A stretch of DNA of 43,713 bases from Octopus bimaculoides (GCF_001194135.2 NC_068989.1:43834487-43878199); one strand, 5' to 3'; positions 12,058 to 23,316 are shown, counted from the first letter of the stretch. A program made the numbers and translations. The notes: generated by a model not told the origin, from the letters alone.

Positions 12058-12215
12058 CACATACATACGTATGTACACACGCATATATGTATGCATGTGT
12101 ATGCATGTATTTATTTATCTATACATGCGTACATACATGCATCACAGGCATACGTACGTACATAAGCATGTATGTACAATGACGCGCACACATGCGTACG
12201 TACGTACGTTCATAC
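11710..12215. promoter_or_regulatory. CpG-retaining island with an ETS-like motif; candidate hypomethylated regulatory element
   Basis: cgaaatcgc, aacgcggag, CACTTCCGT (~11862-11870) and (TACG)/(GCGT)-rich repeats, whereas comparable repeats elsewhere (e.g. 39280-39600) are mostly TGCA-type. Confidence 0.3.
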
Positions 12216-12631
12216 AGATGTATATATACTTATATATATGACTACATTGTCCTGTGTCCCTTGCTAATTTAAGATGTTAGGGTGTGATTTGAAAGAAATT
12301 GCTATTTCTCACAGATCAAAGGACCATATAGAGGCCTTCCCTCATCTGCTTGAAATAAACATAGTTGTTGTTCTTTAGTCCCAGATTAGATCTGATTCAG
12401 CAGATTTATGGTGGAAAGCATTCCAGTTGCAAGTATCACATCTTTTTGGTCGGTTTTATTTGAGGGATATTTAGTTGTTATTTCCAGATCAAATGACCTC
12501 ATATAAAAGCTACCTTGCTGAAAACTGAGACCAGCCAATGTCCTTTGTAGTCACCTTAAATGGGTGAAAATATTGTTAGGCATTGATACATAGTAAGCTA
12601 GACAAGATTACACTCTCATCTGTTAGAAAAC

Positions 12632-12710
<79 letters not shown>

Positions 12711-13579
12711 CCTCTCCTTCTTCCTCTCTCGCTTACAATTTCTATTTTATTCCTTCAAAGAGTTGTTTGGTAAGAGAGCTGAGTTACTACTATTTCATTA
12801 CTTCAGAGAAGTGGTTGGAGTAAGAGGTTCTGAGAGGCATGAGTTACTTAACGATGTTTCATACATCTACATTGGGTCTCTCATTCACCATATTCCTGTT
12901 AAGCTTTTATCTTCTGTTCTCTTCAATATCCTCTTATCTTTCACTCACCCTTTATTCTATTCACTCTATCACATCACTCTGTATAATGAGGGGCGGTATT
13001 TGACATATCCATATTCAACCATCCCTACCATCATCCATTATTATTATTTCTCTTCCACCATCATTCCTTTATCACTCTACCTCATTTCATCATAATGCTT
13101 GTGTGGCATGTAATGGATCAAATATGTTCATTATTAATAGCCCTTAATGTCAGCCATCTCTCTCCCTTATGTGACTTCATTGAAATCCACCATTCTTACT
13201 TGCCGTCACCCATATCTACTGCTGCCCATCATTTGCTTTCTCTCCTATCATGACTTGTCTTTATTGATATCTAATTATGCTGACTCCGTTGTTTTCTATT
13301 CAATTTCTTTACCAACAACCAATATGTAGCTGTTATTATCTCTTTCTCATTACTTACTCCCCTACAATTCCATCACTGTTTCACTCATTACATTCATGTT
13401 CATATTCCCTCCTCTTCTCCATTTTTGGTCACTACTTCTAATTCCATTCTTGATCAGGGTAGGCTTGGAATAATGGTGACAACATTAGCTAGAGAATACA
13501 CAGGTTAGATATTCCTATATTGGTAAAGTTAAAAGAGAATTATGAAATCAAGGTTTATGAAGAAATCAGTAAATATTTA

Positions 13580-14365
13580 CGGAAGATATTAACAGCTAAT
13601 GACTTACGATTTGTCCTGCTGTTAGCAGTAGGAAGACAGCTCAAAACGTCTATCTCGTTCTATGATAACTTCTACTACATTAAAAAGTAATGTGATGTCT
13701 CCATGGAAAGTTATGATTAGGATGAGGTCACTGACCTCATTGGATTATTTATCCTCGATATGCTTAAGAAGTGTACAATCTCTCATGGCTCAGTCTTATA
13801 TGCAACAATGGCCTTGCATTTCAAACAACATGAACTCCCACACTATGAATATATTTAAGAGAAATTTAAAGAAAATTAGAAATCTTCAAAGAGTTTTGTG
13901 TAAATATAGCCATCACCACAAATCTAAGCATGACCAACTTCTTAGATCTTACTTTAGACTTTACTCTGTAGGGATACTATTAAATAAGTTAATACTATCG
14001 CTAAAAAATGTGAAATGAGGAGATTGTATATATTCATAAAAGTTCTAACCCTATTAGATACAGTTAGGAATCTAATAGAAGTTCTGTCATCATATTGGGA
14101 TATATTTGATAGGGAAGCAGCCCATTATAATGAAGCATTAGTAAGTGGTTTTGACAAAAAATTGTTACATATACAGGATCCCCACCACCCCTGAAAAAAG
14201 TTAGGAAGAGAAAAAAAATAAGGTTCAATCCTAGATGCAATCTAGATGTTTTCACAAACATAACTAGGAACTTCTTATTCTTAATTTGGGAACACTTCCC
14301 TAGCACTCATAAATATCATAAACTTTGTAATGTGCATAATTTTAATGTGAGTTACTCTTGCCTGG
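13580..14365 (+). mobile_element. Penelope-like element reverse transcriptase fossil
   Basis: With stops and frameshifts: YIKK*CDVSMESYD*DEVTDLIGLFILDML, NNGLA (DD site degenerate), IFKEF..TNLSMTNFLDLTLD, VYIHKSSNP, IFDREAAHYNEAL.SG, RKRKKIRFNP..TNITRNFLFLIWEHFPSTHKYHK..VSYSC; this motif order is typical of PLE RTs. Confidence 0.85.
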
Positions 14366-14999
14366 TTTATCACCACTGATTTCATATGCTACAACTGAAA
14401 AGACATACACTTATACAATTTCCATCCCAAACACCCACATGCACTATTGAAATCAAACCACCAGTCCACTGAGAAAATTCTACTTTTCCAAAGCAGTGGT
14501 TTACAGCAAAAATTGACGCTTAATGACTTCACAGAAAATTTTACACAATGCATGCACTTCTTTAGGTCCAGTGACATGAAAAACTACTTCTTTGTTTTGT
14601 TTCATCTGGAAACTCTAGGACCATGGACTTGCTCTGGTTCTGACAAGTATAACCTAGAGTATTCTCAAAACAACTATTTCCCTATTTGTTTAATGTGCGC
14701 AGCTGTCATTGTTGTCACAGAATAAAACTGCACATATTGCAATAACCAGTTAAAACCCTTAAAAAAGAAAAAAAAAATCATTCTGCTGCAACAGATAGAG
14801 CTCTCTACTGACTTACTCTAAACCAATAGCTGATACTATAATCCCATAACAACTCACTGTTTTCCTTTACATGGGATCTTATGAAAATATTGTTCTGTTG
14901 CACACGATATACCCAAATGATTTGATGTCAGTTCTTGATACCTAGTAAATTCTTTAAGAATGTGATTTTCAGTTTGAACCTAGTGAGCAACATACTGGG

Positions 15000-15286
15000 G
15001 AAATGTCTTCTATGATAAACTTGGACTGCTGAAAGCCTTGTGGGTGAAATATGGTGATGGACATGTCCTTCATCTTCCACTAGATCATCCAACCAGGACT
15101 TTACTCTCATTTGATGCAGCAGCTGCAGGCTGGAAGAGGCCTTGTGGCAGGCCCCACACCAGATAGCTGAACGTGATTCTGGAAGATTTCCAGAAGCTTG
15201 ACATCACCTTGGAGGATGCAGAGAAGCCGGCACAGGATTGCCAGCAATGGAGAGCACTGGTGGACCTAGTTGGCTCTCAACACTAA
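15000..15286 (+). mobile_element. RTE-clade LINE ORF2 C-terminal fragment
   Basis: GHVLHLPLDHPTRTLLSF..AGWKRPCGRPHTR*LNVILEDFQKLDITLEDAEKPAQDCQQWRALV. Confidence 0.8.
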
Positions 15287-15433
15287 CAACACCATTACCA
15301 CCATAACTACAGCCCCAAGGAATTAATTTTGCCAAGTCTTTCTTTGAATTCCAAATCCCTACAGTCACCCCTTCTATGTTTACTACCACAACAACCACTC
15401 ACAGACACTACAGCCATGACAAACCCTTAACCT

Positions 15434-15596
15434 TAGGCTCAGTCATGGCTGTGTGGTAAGAAACTTGCTTCTCAACCACACGGTACCAGGTTCAGACCCA
15501 CTGCATGACAACTTAGGCAAGTGTCTTCTACTATAGTCTCGGGTCAACCAAAGCCTAGTTAGTGGATATAGTAAAAGGAAACTGAAAGAAGCCCGT

Positions 15597-15636
<40 letters not shown>

Positions 15637-16427
15637 CGCAGGAGTGGCTGTGTGGTAAGTAGCTTGCTTACCAACCACATGGTTCCGGGTTCATTCCCAC
15701 TGCATGGCACCTTGGGCAAGTGTCTTCTACTATAGCCTCAGGCCGATCAAAGCCTTGTGAATGGATTTGGTAGACGGAAACTGAAAGAAGCCTGTCGTAT
15801 ATATGTATATATATATATATGTATGTGTACATATTTGTGTGTCTGTGTTTGTCCTCCCAACATCGCTTGACAACCGATGGTGGTGTGTTTACGTCCCCGT
15901 AACTAGCGGTTCAGCAAAAGAGACCGATAGAATAAGTACTAAGCTTNNNNNNNNNNNNNNNNNNNNNNNNNNNNNNNNNNNNNNNNNNNNNNNNNNNNNN
16001 NNNNNNNNNNNNNNNNNNNNNNNNNNNNNNNNNNNNNNNNNNNNNNNNNNNNNNNNNNNNNNNNNNNNNNNNNNNNNNNNNNNNNNNNNNNNNNNNNNNN
16101 NNNNNNNNNNNNNNNNNNNNNNNNNNNNNNNNNNNNNNNNNNNNNNNNNNNNNNNNNNNNNNNNNNNNNNNNNNNNNNNNNNNNNNNNNNNNNNNNNNNN
16201 NNNNNNNNNNNNNNNNNNNNNNNNNNNNNNNNNNNNNNNNNNNNNNNNNNNNNNNNNNNNNNNNNNTTTACGTCCCCATAACTTAGTGGTTTGGCAAAAA
16301 GAAACCAATAGAATAAGTACCAGTCTTAAAAAAAAATTAAGTACTGGGGTTGATTCATTTGAATAAACAAGTTCTTAAAGGCTGTACCCCAGCATGGCCA
16401 CAGTCTAATGACTGAAACAGATAAAAC
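15434..16427 (+). mobile_element. Nested SINE family A: young copy (15633-15946+) inside the (TA)n of an older copy (15434-15600, tail 16267-16427)
   Basis: Order is old head, (TA)n, young head/body/tail, gap, old-type tail. Confidence 0.8.
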
Positions 16428-16624
16428 AGCATAACCACTACACCACTTCTACCACTGCATCACTATCACCACCACCACCACCACTGCCGCCGCCACTGCC
16501 ACCACTGCTAATACTGTCTCTAAAATAACTACCAAAATTACTGGCCCCTCTACCTCTATCACCCACCACTACTATGTCTAAACTGTAATATCACTGCTTC
16601 TACTAGCACACCATTAATAGCATG

Positions 16625-16830
16625 AATTCGTTTCTAATTTTGGCACAAGATTTGCAATTTTGAGGGGAGTTGGGGGTTAATCAATTACCTCAACCACAGC
16701 GCGCAACTGGTATTTTATTCTGCTGATTTCTAAAAGAAGAAAAGCAAAGTTGACCATGGCAGCATTTGAACTCAGAACATAAAAAAACTAGAAGAAATGC
16801 GGCTAAGTATTTTGTCCACTACAGTAATGA
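16625..16830 (-). mobile_element. SINE family C, degenerate
   Basis: aagcaaagttgaccatggcagcatttgaactcagaac = reverse complement of the family C B-box and central segment. Confidence 0.6.
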
Positions 16831-16869
16831 CCACAATGAGCCTCACCATTACATCCATTATTACCATAG

Positions 16870-17050
16870 CACAATAACCTATACACACAGCTCTGCATCA
16901 CCATAACACTATAACCTGTACACATAGCTCTCCATCACCACAACAATACAACCTATACACACAGCACTGTATCACTATTACACTATAACCTATACACACA
17001 GCTCTGCATCATTAGAACACTATAACCTAAGACACAGCTCTGTATCATCA
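16870..17050. repeat. ~37-bp minisatellite, about 5 copies
   Basis: Unit acactataacctatacacacagctctgcatcaccata repeated head-to-tail; partial copy at ~17137. Confidence 0.8.
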
Positions 17051-17506
17051 TGTCTATACTATCACAACATTCACCACCACTACAACAGCTACCATCACTA
17101 CATCCACCACCACCAGCACCACCACCACCATTCTGCTACAACCTATACACACAACTCTGTGACCATATCTATGCTCTTTACTTCATTTACCATCATCACT
17201 TTGTCCACCATTGTGGCTACTACAGCTAACACCATCGCCACTACAACCCATACTCACAGCTGTGTACCACAACAAAAACATTGTCTTCCAGTCACTAAGT
17301 TATTTGGTAGACAAGCTGGTTCTCATCTATTGCCAAGGAGTTTCTGATTTGACTCATTGATTTATTGATCTCTGCTGTGTTCTATATAAATCTATGCTGC
17401 AGATTGATTCATGTCACTCGGACTATACCGCCTCTCATACACATATATAAACATCTACATACATACATACATACATACATTCACATACATACATACATTC
17501 GTACAC

Positions 17507-17601
<95 letters not shown>

Positions 17602-17741
17602 TGTACATGCATACATACATACATACATTCACATACATATTTCATACATATATACATACATACAGATATATGTATGTATGTATGTATGTATAAGCATTGA
17701 ATTGAAAGCAATTCATAGACATAACTTTTTGTTAACTTATA

Positions 17742-19115
17742 TAGGTCATTCAAATAGTGAATTTTGATAGAGTAAGTCTTCCACTTTTCTATGGTAATTC
17801 TACTTTTTGTTCTTCTTCATTACAAGCAAATAATGGGTTCCAAAGAGAAGCAATGAGCCATAACTGACTTCTTGAGGAAGGTGAGATGCAGGCAGTCTGA
17901 CATCGATCAAAGGCTACCAGTTGTTTACAGAGATGACATCACTGACAAAAGCAATCTGCATGGATGGATGAAGATGTTTAAAGAAAGGGAAAAGAGCACT
18001 GAGGACAAATCATACAGTGGGAAACCATCGACTGCAACTACTGACATGAATTGCCAGTGAATGGATGACCTGGTTCACAGAGACAGATCAGTTATGATCC
18101 ATGAGCTTGCTGTACAACTGGACTGTGGTCACAATGTAATACAGAAGAAGTGGAAGATTTTAAATTAGAAAGTGTGTGATGTAGGTACCTCATCTATTGA
18201 CACCCAATTTGAAGGAAAGAACAGTGGAAGTCTGCTCTGGTCTTCTAGAAGTATTTGAAGCCAATGAAGGTGACAAGGGATGAAACATGGCCATGTCTTT
18301 ATGATCCAGGAATGAAGACTCAGTCCTCTGAGTGATGTTCCACCACTTCTCCAAGGTGCAAGAAGTTCAAGAACCAGCGATCAGTACAGAAAGTCGTAGC
18401 GACTGTTTTGGTGGATGACAAAGGCATCAACTCATTGATTTTCTGGAATGTGGCTGCATTGTGAACAGTGAGCAGAACAAAAAGAGAAGCCATTTGACAG
18501 TAGAGATCAAGGAAGAATGTGAAAATGATCCACATTCACCATGGCAATGTGTGACCACATGTAGGGCAGCAAGCTGGCAGAATCATTAGCACACTGGACA
18601 AAATGTTTAGCGACTTTTCCTCCGTCTTTACACTCTGAGCTCAAATTCCACTGAGGCTGGCTTTGCTTTTTATCTCTTCAGAGTCGATAAGATAAGTACC
18701 AGTTGAATACTGGGGTCGATGTAACAGACTGAACCCCCTCCTCTGAAATTGCTGGCCTTGTACCAAAATTTGAAACCAGTGTGCAACCACATTCATCTTT
18801 GGCAAGAAATCAGCCATTTGGTAAACTGGGATGGTCAGTAGTCCCCCATCCTCCATACAACCAGTATCTAGTGTTATCTGACATCTATCTGTTTGATGTA
18901 AAGAACAATCTTTGGTAACAACGATTTGATGACACAGATGAAGTAAAAGGGGCTTTGAAAAGGTGGGTACAATAGTGCACACCTGAACTTTTACAAAGAG
19001 GTTTTGAGAGTTGGGTTCAATGATGGCACAAATGAATAATTTGGAACTTATATTGAGTAATAACTTTGTATGGAGGAAGAGTTACTCTACTAAGATGTGC
19101 AATTTCAATGACCTA
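17742..19115 (+). mobile_element. Mariner (Tc1/mariner) transposon fossil interrupted by a SINE
   Basis: HTH region (GWMKMFKE..STED..SGKPSTA), VPHLLT, VTRDETW, KLGWSVVPHPPY..SDIYLF, multiple stops; TIR remnants taggtcattcaaat (17742-55) / atttcaatgaccta (19102-15), 13/14 match. Confidence 0.88.
18564..18778 (+). mobile_element. SINE family C (tRNA head, 'ggggtcgat..aagtaccag' central segment) inside the mariner
   Basis: ggcagcaagctggcagaa head, gagctcaaattcc B-box-like segment, gtcgataagataagtaccagttg; splits the transposase frame. Confidence 0.8.
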
Positions 19116-19364
19116 AGTCATTAATAAAAAAGTTATGCCAACTTAAAAGTTGCTTTCAACACAGAGATTGTGTGTGTGTGCATGTGTGTACATGCGTGTG
19201 CTTGCGTGTCTCTCTCTCTCTCTCTCTCTGTATGAATGTTCCAAGCAAGGTAATATTTTTCCATAGTCCAAACATGTTTTCACAGATTACAAACAAATAT
19301 CAATACTTGTATAACAGTGAAGTTTGTTTACAATTAGCATACAATATCAAGAAAAAGGGGACAC

Positions 19365-19406
<42 letters not shown>

Positions 19407-19407
<1 letters not shown>

Positions 19408-19721
19408 ATGAATGACCATAGGATTGCACTTAGAAAGTTACCCTCCTAGGCACAAGTACGGGAAAGATTGTTCACGGAAGACTAACAGTTGCCCGTGCTT
19501 ACCAGCCTCTCCTCTCCACATCACCGATGTTATCCAATGGAAAGGCAAAGGGTGATACAGATTGGCACCTGTGACATCGCAACTCATTTCTGCAGTTGAG
19601 TGAACTGAAGCAACGTGAAATAAAGTGTCTTGCTCAAGAACACAACATACAGCCCAATCTAGGAATTGAACTCACTACCTCATGCTTATGAGCCTGATGC
19701 TCTAACCACTGAGCCATGCAC
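19407..19721 (-). mobile_element. SINE family D (tRNA head, 'cttgagcaagacact' segment)
   Basis: Reverse complement gtgcatggctcagtggttagagc...gagttcaattcc...gttcttgagcaagacact; same family as 24020-24352. Confidence 0.85.
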
Positions 19722-19994
19722 CATACTGACCACAGATCTTGCTCAGTGGTTCCTTAGTATATATATCATCAGTAAGTATCACTCATCTTCTAATATGGTC
19801 TTTCTCTATTTTTTTAGAGAACTTAGAGTGACCAGAGCATGAGGTTATCAATGGTTGTCAAGAGGTGTTGAGACGAAAGCAATCACTCAGGTCAAGAACA
19901 GACTTGAGTATACATAGATGAAAAAGGAATGAGATATCTGACACCTTGCTGTACTCACAGTAGATGTGTTAATAACACTGTCCCTGACGAAGAA

Positions 19995-20240
19995 GACTGA
20001 CCTGCAAGAGCCCTGTGCTGTGGCCACACAAAAAGCACTCATGCCAGTGTCATGTAAAAGTGCTCATGCTGGTGTCACATTAAATCACCCAGCACAGACT
20101 GTAAAGGGGTTGACATTAGGAAGGGCATCCCACCAAAGGCACCAAACCAAACCAGACTGGATGGAACATGGTGTGGCTCTCCTGCTTGCCAGTTCTGGTC
20201 AAACAGCCCAACCCATGCCAACAAGAAAAACAGACGTTAA

Positions 20241-20283
<43 letters not shown>
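19995..20283 (+). mobile_element. RTE-tail retroposon 3' end with (GAT)n
   Basis: ttaggaagggcatcc motif, gacgttaaaggatgatgat tail. Confidence 0.75.
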
Positions 20284-20284
<1 letters not shown>

Positions 20285-20299
20285 AGAGAAGTGCATTAC

Positions 20300-21450
20300 G
20301 AATATGTTGGCTGGTAACATAAAGTAACAGATAATCAATCAAGGACTTACAAGTTTATATCTTCTATGCAGTGTCTGTGGCCAATATGCTTGGCATCTAA
20401 TACTCCAATTCACCAGGCTACTACAGTTGAAAAGTTTGACAGCCGAAAGTATCAATAACATTATAAAACTGATTACCGTTTCATAAGCTCGTGGTCCAAT
20501 GGGACCTGCTTAGGATTTCCCCTGGGAGCAACTAACTGTTATGGATGGAGCAACTAACTTAGCAAGGAGATTTTTTTTCTGTACACAACGTGGTCGAAGG
20601 TTTTACTGATTTCAAGTCTAGGAAAATTGCTTTTGCCACAGGTTAGTGAAAGACAAAGATGTGTGGCAAATGATAGTTGATTTTAAGTAGATTTAAGGAG
20701 ACAAAAAAACTTATGGTGAGGAAGGGAGTGCATTTTTATGATTGTGAATAGCATACATTGTTGCATGACTCTATAGATTGAGGTAGAGATATGCATAGAG
20801 AGAAATATGAAGGGTTTACCAAGTATAGGAGAAACTTAGCTGATGTAGACACATGGGGAAAGAGAGCGAGAGAGTGAGAGAGAAAGAGAAGACTGATGGA
20901 AAGCTTACTACATATAAGGATTACTTAAGAAAATTGCTTTTTAAGAACAATAGAAGGAAGGGGTCAGTTACAAGTGGTGTCTTTGTTGTTGGGTAGAACT
21001 GACCAGAAGTATTTTCACACCTGTTGATGGTGCTTGCAGCACAGTGGGACAAATAGGCCTGAAATGGCGCATGTTATAAATGTTTTATTGTATGTGAGAT
21101 GCAGAGCAGAACTCGAAGCAAAGAATACAACAAATGTGGTAATTTCGTCTTCTTGCATAACAAACTTGTTTGAAGAATAGTTGGGGTGTATAAGATGATT
21201 CCCTAGAAGTAACAGTGATCATTTATGAACAGATCAAAAAGGTTGGTAGCAAACTGAGAATCAAGAGAGCTGCTAGGGTGATGGGATATACGAAGGCATC
21301 TTTTACTTTACTGATAATGGAGGGATACTTCTCAGATGGTAAGGAATGATCATTTTCTCTGTAGTTGTGGAACTATTGGTTATGCAAGATCACTTTGTAC
21401 TTTTCAGTAATGATTTACGCTCATAATCAAAGTACTTCTATGATTTTACA
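20300..21450 (-). mobile_element. Very degraded LINE (CR1/L2-group?) RT region
   Basis: Only clear motif is AIFLDL/ISKTFDHV at ~20580-20640; boundaries approximate. Confidence 0.35.
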
Positions 21451-21704
21451 TCAGTGAAATGAACCTACCTATGGTACCTTTTTGTATTTATTTGAATTGA
21501 TTTAGTGAAACTTGGTATGTAATAGACAAGGACACAGTACATAACTGGTAACAGAATACAAATCACAGAACCTTCACCTGGTAGCTTGACCCTTATAAGT
21601 TTTCGTTTGATGCAGATCTCAGAAGTTAAAGGAGTCAATAATAACACTATCACATGCCTGAATGACACTCCTGAGAAAAACTTTAGAATTCAAAGATTAA
21701 ACAT

Positions 21705-21854
21705 TATTTACATTATTTACATTCGACGGATATTTGTCCTCATCTTGTTTGTTGTTAACACAACGTTTCGGCTGATATACCCTCCAGCCTTTATCAAGTG
21801 TCTTGGGGAAATTTCAAACCTGAGTTCTCATTCTGAAGGCATTTTTCGATGTTG

Positions 21855-21909
<55 letters not shown>

Positions 21910-22008
21910 CATTATTATTATCATTATTATTATTATTATTCAGGTCACTGCCTGGAATCAAACTCGGAATCTTGGGATTAGTGGCCCACGCTCTTAACCA
22001 CTATGCCA
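21705..22008 (-). mobile_element. SINE family E: tRNA head + (TAA)n + tail containing a hammerhead motif
   Basis: Head (21941-22008, reverse complement) TGGCATAGTGG A box, GTTTGATTCC B box; (TAA)n 21860-21940; tail ends in (GTAAATAAT)2. Confidence 0.85.
21757..21802 (-). ncRNA. Minimal type I hammerhead motif with U3/A8 core variant
   Basis: Reverse complement: GACAC-TTGATAA-A-GGCTG[gagggtatat]CAGCC-GAAAC-GTT-GTGTT; stem I GACAC/GTGTT, stem II 5 bp, loopless palindromic stem III (AACGTT). Confidence 0.6.
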
Positions 22009-22209
22009 ATTTCTGTTTTTCAATTTTGGACATAGGATTGCACCTAGAAACTGGTAACATGATACAAATCACAGCACCTTCACTGGTAGGTTGCTTAACA
22101 CCCTATAGTTTCAGCATGATGCAAATCTCAGAAGTTAAGGGGGCCACGGAAAAACTTCAGAATTCAACAATTAAATTTCTGTTTTCTATTTTAGACATAG
22201 AATTCTTAA

Positions 22210-22470
22210 GGGTGGTAAGTCAGCAGAGTCATAAGGATGTTGAACAGAACACCTCGGGGCATTTGTAATGACTATTTGTGCTCTGGTTTCAAATCCCACC
22301 AAGGTCAAATTCACCTTTTATTCTTTCAGGGTCAGACAAGAAAAATTGTATCAGCCCCAGTCGGTAGTCTTTCTCTTGGATAAACATCAGTGGCATTGAG
22401 AAAGGAGAATTGTGTGTCTAGGCAACTGCTAATTTTCCTAAAAAATATCTTGCCCAGACCTGCATATACA
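22210..22470 (+). mobile_element. Adjacent fragments of SINE family C (22210-22335) and family D (22340-22470)
   Basis: aaatcccaccaaggtcaa..ctttcagggtc (family C); ttggataaacatcagtggc..cttgcccagac matches the reverse complement of the 19407/24020 body. Confidence 0.6.
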
Positions 22471-22849
22471 TGTGTAAATGCATAATCAATTCTGACTGAC
22501 CAAGGCCTTATAAACACAAACAATAACACTCGAGGATATTATATAATTATATAAAATCTCAGAGCTATTTGGCAGTGTTTTGGTTAATTTTACTCTGTTG
22601 TTAGATTGATTTTTCTACTTGGCCAACACTAGATATTGGCCTGGCTGGTTACTTGTATGAGAAAGGCTAAGTTAGTTTGTCAGTTTTACTAATTCTTGAT
22701 ATTTCTATGGTTATTTTACATGTAAGAGAGGCTTTTAATCCATCTTCACTCAAAAAGTTTAATTTCTTAATTAAGTATAACCCTAATTAATCTAGTTTAT
22801 TAATTTCACTAGTTTTCTTCTCAAGTGTATATGTGTGTGTACATGAGTG

Positions 22850-22884
<35 letters not shown>

Positions 22885-22886
<2 letters not shown>

Positions 22887-23316
22887 TCTATGATTATATA
22901 CACAATTATAATCATGGGTCAGCTAAGTGCCTCACCACATACTGAATTAGAAATAGATGCTAATGTCTTTTCAACTACCATAAAAATCTACAACACATTA
23001 ACACACTTTTTTATGTAGGTAAAAAGAAAAATGATGAATCCACATGACTTTTGGTTAACCACAAATGTGTTTCGAATTTAAGGTAAATTATATTTACCTA
23101 TTATTCTCTTCAGTGTGGTACTCCAAGTTATAAATTTGCGAGAGTTAGGGTCATCGCATAACTAATATTCAACCGCACTTACCTACATAAAAAAGTGCGT
23201 TAATGTATCGGAGATTTTTATGGTAGTTGAAAAGACATTAGCATCTATTTCTAATACAGTACGTGGCGAGGCACTTAGCTGACCCCTGGTTATAATTATG
23301 CATATAATTATAGAAT
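22885..23316. repeat. Fold-back inverted repeat (MITE-like), 138-bp arms, 156-bp spacer
   Basis: Arms 22885-23022 and 23179-23316, 12 differences by hand count, 44-bp perfect core attagaaatagatgctaatgtcttttcaactaccataaaaatct. Confidence 0.92.

Larger units (their letters stand above)
21540..22205. repeat. Two diverged ~150-170-bp tandem units; the first is split by the SINE E insertion
   Basis: aactggtaac..atacaaatcacag.accttcac..tgatgca.atctcagaagttaa..gaaaaactt.agaattcaa..attaaa|atttctgtttt occurs at ~21543 and ~22049. Confidence 0.65.

Noticed and set aside
16870-17050. CRISPR-like array (also the 28-bp repeat at 40444-40548)
   Set aside because: Head-to-tail repeats without unique spacers, in a eukaryotic intron, with no cas genes.
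20475-20530. Candidate minus-strand micro-exon GNPKQVPLDHELMK with ACG|gtaatc donor
   Set aside because: Lies within a degraded LINE RT region, and its phase would not fit between the two SAT exons.
22332-22470. Minus-strand peptide GLGKIFFRKISS resembling SAT1 GIGSEILKNLSQ after a cag
   Set aside because: The DNA matches the body of SINE family D; there is no donor, and that segment is already encoded in exon 31517-31665.
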